Assembly: GCA_019244185.1 (NCBI GenBank)
Contig: JAFATB010000014.1
Location: forward strand, 160,001 to 224,000
Origin: Acidobacteriota bacterium
GTDB lineage: Bacteria > Acidobacteriota > Thermoanaerobaculia > Gp7-AA8
Length of the DNA stretch: 64,000 nucleotides
Direction: 5' to 3'
In this document: one piece after another, positions 61,855 through 64,000 of the stretch
Numbering within the stretch: position 1 is the first letter of the stretch
Layout: every line of letters starts with the position of its first letter
Notes under the pieces: model-generated
Told to the model about the DNA's origin: nothing
The model's input: the letters and a program-made list of their open reading frames with translations, nothing else
Database searches by the model: none
Program-made: the position numbers and the translations under genes

Positions 61855-64000
61855 ATGAACCCCACCATGCATCGTTGGATCGCGCTGTGCCTGCTGCTCC
61901 TCGCGGCCGCCGCGCCCGCCGCCTTCGCACAGATCGACAAAGGCTCGATCGAGGCGGTCGCGCTCGACCAGACCAAAGCTCCTCTCCCCGGCGTGACGGT
62001 CACGGTCACGCGGCCGGAGACCGGCTTCGAGACCGTTGCCGTCACCGACTCCTCGGGCACGGCGCGCTTTCCCTCCCTCACGCCCGGCACCTACCAGGTG
62101 AAGTTCAACCTGGAAGGCTTCGCGCCCGTGGCCGCGCAGACGATCACGCTGCGCGTCGGTCAGGAAGCGAAGATCGGCGCGGCGATGCAGGCGTCGGCGA
62201 GCGAGACGATCACCGTGAGCGCGGAGGCGCCGGTCGTCGACGTGCACAAGACCGACTCGTCGACGAACATCGTGCCGGAGCAGATCGAGTCGCTGCCGGT
62301 GCAGAACCGCGACTTCCAGAACCTCGCCTTCCTCGCGCCGGGCGTGCAGCGCGAGCGCGGCGGCTTCCGCTTCATCACCGGCGGTCCGGTGATCGGCGCG
62401 GGCGGCAACGCGTCGCAGTCGACGATCTTCGTCGACGGCGTCGATCTCACCGATCAGGTGAACGGCCTCGCCCGCGCGCGCTTCAGCCAGGACGCGGTGC
62501 GCGAGTTCCGCGTGATCACGAACCGCTTCGACAGCGAGATCGGCGGCTCGTCGGGCGGCGCGCTGTCGATCGTGACGAAGTCGGGCACGAACGACATGCA
62601 CGGCAGCGCGTTCGGCTTCTTCCGCGACGCGTCGCTGCGCGCGAAGGGCGCACGCGACCTCAAGAAGAACGACGATTACTCGCGCCATCAGTTCGGCGCG
62701 ACGCTCGGCGGACCGATCGTGCGCGACAAGGCGTTCTACTTCGCCTCGCTCGAGCAGATCAGCGAAGACAACGCGACGCTCTTCCGTCCGGGCGGTGCGT
62801 TCGCGTCGCAGGCGGCCGACATCGGGCTGCCGCTCGACCAGACGCTGCTCTTCGGCAGCGGCGACGTCAACATCAATTCGCAGATGGACGCCGGCGTGCG
62901 CCTCGTCTACGAGAAGTTCTCGCAGGACAACTTCCGCGTCGGCTCGACGTTCGGCGATCCGACCACCGACGAGTCGTACGGACAGACGCTCGACCGCAAG
63001 AACTGGAACGCGACGTTCGAGCACAACTGGTCGCTCTCGTCCGCGTCGTCGAATGAGGCGCGCCTGCAGTACGGCAAGCGCCGCTTCGCAGAGCCGACGA
63101 ATTCCGACGCGGTCGCGGAGTGGTATTCGAGCGGCAACACGCTCAAGACCGGCGGCAACATCCTCGGCGATCTCCTCGGCGACGGCTCGACGTGGGAGCT
63201 GCGCGACACCTTCCATCACCACTTCGCCGCCGGCCGCGGCTCGCACGACTTCAAGGCCGGCGCGTCGCTGCAGCACGTGAAGGAACGCTTCCGCCTCGAC
63301 ACCTACGAGCACGGCCTCTTCATCTATCTCACCGACAACCGCACGCTGCCGCTCGCGTACGCGTACGGCGTCGGCTCGTCCGACGTCACGACCGACACCG
63401 ACATCTACGGCGCATTCCTCGAAGACTCGTGGCGCCCGAACGAGAAGCTCGTCATCAACGGCGGCCTGCGCTACGACCTCGACACGAACGGCAACAACGA
63501 GGGCTTCACGCATCCGCTGATTACGACGCCGCGCAAGCGCGACACGAACAACTACCAGCCGCGTGCGTCGTTCAGCTACGACTTCTTCGGCAACGGCACG
63601 AACGTACTGCGCGGCGGCGCCGGCAAGTTCACCGGCCGCTATCTCCTCGTGCCGGCGCTCACGGAACGGCAGGCGAACGGCGTCACCGGCCGCGTGACGT
63701 TCACGCGCGTCAACGGCGCGCTCCTCGGCTTCCCCGCGCTCGCGCTCGATCCGAACAACCCGACCACGACCGGCATCGTCTCGAAGCCTGCCATCACGCT
63801 GCTCTCGCCCGACTATCACCAGCCGGAGTCGACGCAGGCCACGCTCGGCTACACGATGAAGCTCGGCGCCTCGCGCCTCTTCCTCGACGCCGAAGGTATC
63901 TACGTGAAGGGCGACGACGAGATCGTCATCCGCGACATCAACTGGAGCGGCAACGCCACGCGCCTCCGCCCGCTGACGCAGTACGACCAGGTCAACGAGT
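61855..64000 (+). CDS. TonB-dependent receptor with carboxypeptidase-regulatory-like N-domain (Oar-like), truncated by window end
   Basis: My translation MNPTMHRWIALCLLLLAAAAPAAFAQIDKGSI...LPGVTVTV...LTPGTYQV...IESLPVQNRDF...DAVREFRV...TKSGTN...QFGATLGGPI; GGAGGGAG RBS. Confidence 0.92.
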   Translation, partial: MNPTMHRWIALCLLLLAAAAPAAFAQIDKGSIEAVALDQTKAPLPGVTVTVTRPETGFETVAVTDSSGTARFPSLTPGTYQVKFNLEGFAPVAAQTITLRVGQEAKIGAAMQASASETITVSAEAPVVDVHKTDSSTNIVPEQIESLPVQNRDFQNLAFLAPGVQRERGGFRFITGGPVIGAGGNASQSTIFVDGVDLTDQVNGLARARFSQDAVREFRVITNRFDSEIGGSSGGALSIVTKSGTNDMHGSAFGFFRDASLRAKGARDLKKNDDYSRHQFGATLGGPIVRDKAFYFASLEQISEDNATLFRPGGAFASQAADIGLPLDQTLLFGSGDVNINSQMDAGVRLVYEKFSQDNFRVGSTFGDPTTDESYGQTLDRKNWNATFEHNWSLSSASSNEARLQYGKRRFAEPTNSDAVAEWYSSGNTLKTGGNILGDLLGDGSTWELRDTFHHHFAAGRGSHDFKAGASLQHVKERFRLDTYEHGLFIYLTDNRTLPLAYAYGVGSSDVTTDTDIYGAFLEDSWRPNEKLVINGGLRYDLDTNGNNEGFTHPLITTPRKRDTNNYQPRASFSYDFFGNGTNVLRGGAGKFTGRYLLVPALTERQANGVTGRVTFTRVNGALLGFPALALDPNNPTTTGIVSKPAITLLSPDYHQPESTQATLGYTMKLGASRLFLDAEGIYVKGDDEIVIRDINWSGNATRLRPLTQYDQVNE

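Noticed and set aside
1-64000. tRNA, rRNA, CRISPR arrays, integrases, IS transposases
   Set aside because: None recognisable by eye; intergenic spaces are short and accounted for. A covariance-model scan was not possible.

Overview
High-GC (about 70% by eye) bacterial chromosomal window. IPTL-CTERM sorting, TonB receptors with a carboxypeptidase-regulatory-like N-terminus, an ECF/HEAT-repeat locus and an ECF/Ser-Thr-kinase pair suggest an Acidobacteriota (Thermoanaerobaculia-like) genome; this is inference. About 60 real CDSs can be separated from many GC-rich shadow ORFs. They include housekeeping/metabolic genes (TetR, ABC exporter, GT4, two aldo-keto reductases, fused 2-oxoacid dehydrogenase E1, two DEAD-box helicases, 5'-nucleotidase, Ddl), a partial reductive pyrimidine-catabolism cluster with a PreA lacking its Fe-S domain, a 1834-aa M36 metallopeptidase with five DUF11-like repeats, a sigma54-controlled MacAB-type efflux operon with its two-component system, and two TonB receptors. 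I saw no rRNA, tRNA, CRISPR array or transposase. The best candidate for an undescribed system is at 50879-53936 (minus strand): a sigma54-type promoter and strong RBS drive a 100-aa leader/core-like peptide with seven DGTD repeats (26 Asp in its last 66 residues), followed by overlapping JmjC-type hydroxylase and sucrase-ferredoxin [2Fe-2S] genes, then a SAM methyltransferase. This resembles a RiPP-like system that could make a poly-beta-hydroxyaspartate metal-binding peptide. Other oddities: a diverged duplication of a kinase 5' end that forms a doubly coupled 43-codon mini-ORF, a 190-bp REPIN-like hairpin, a 6+6 heptamer inverted repeat, a frameshifted NTF2-like gene and a recurrent leaderless-mRNA signature.
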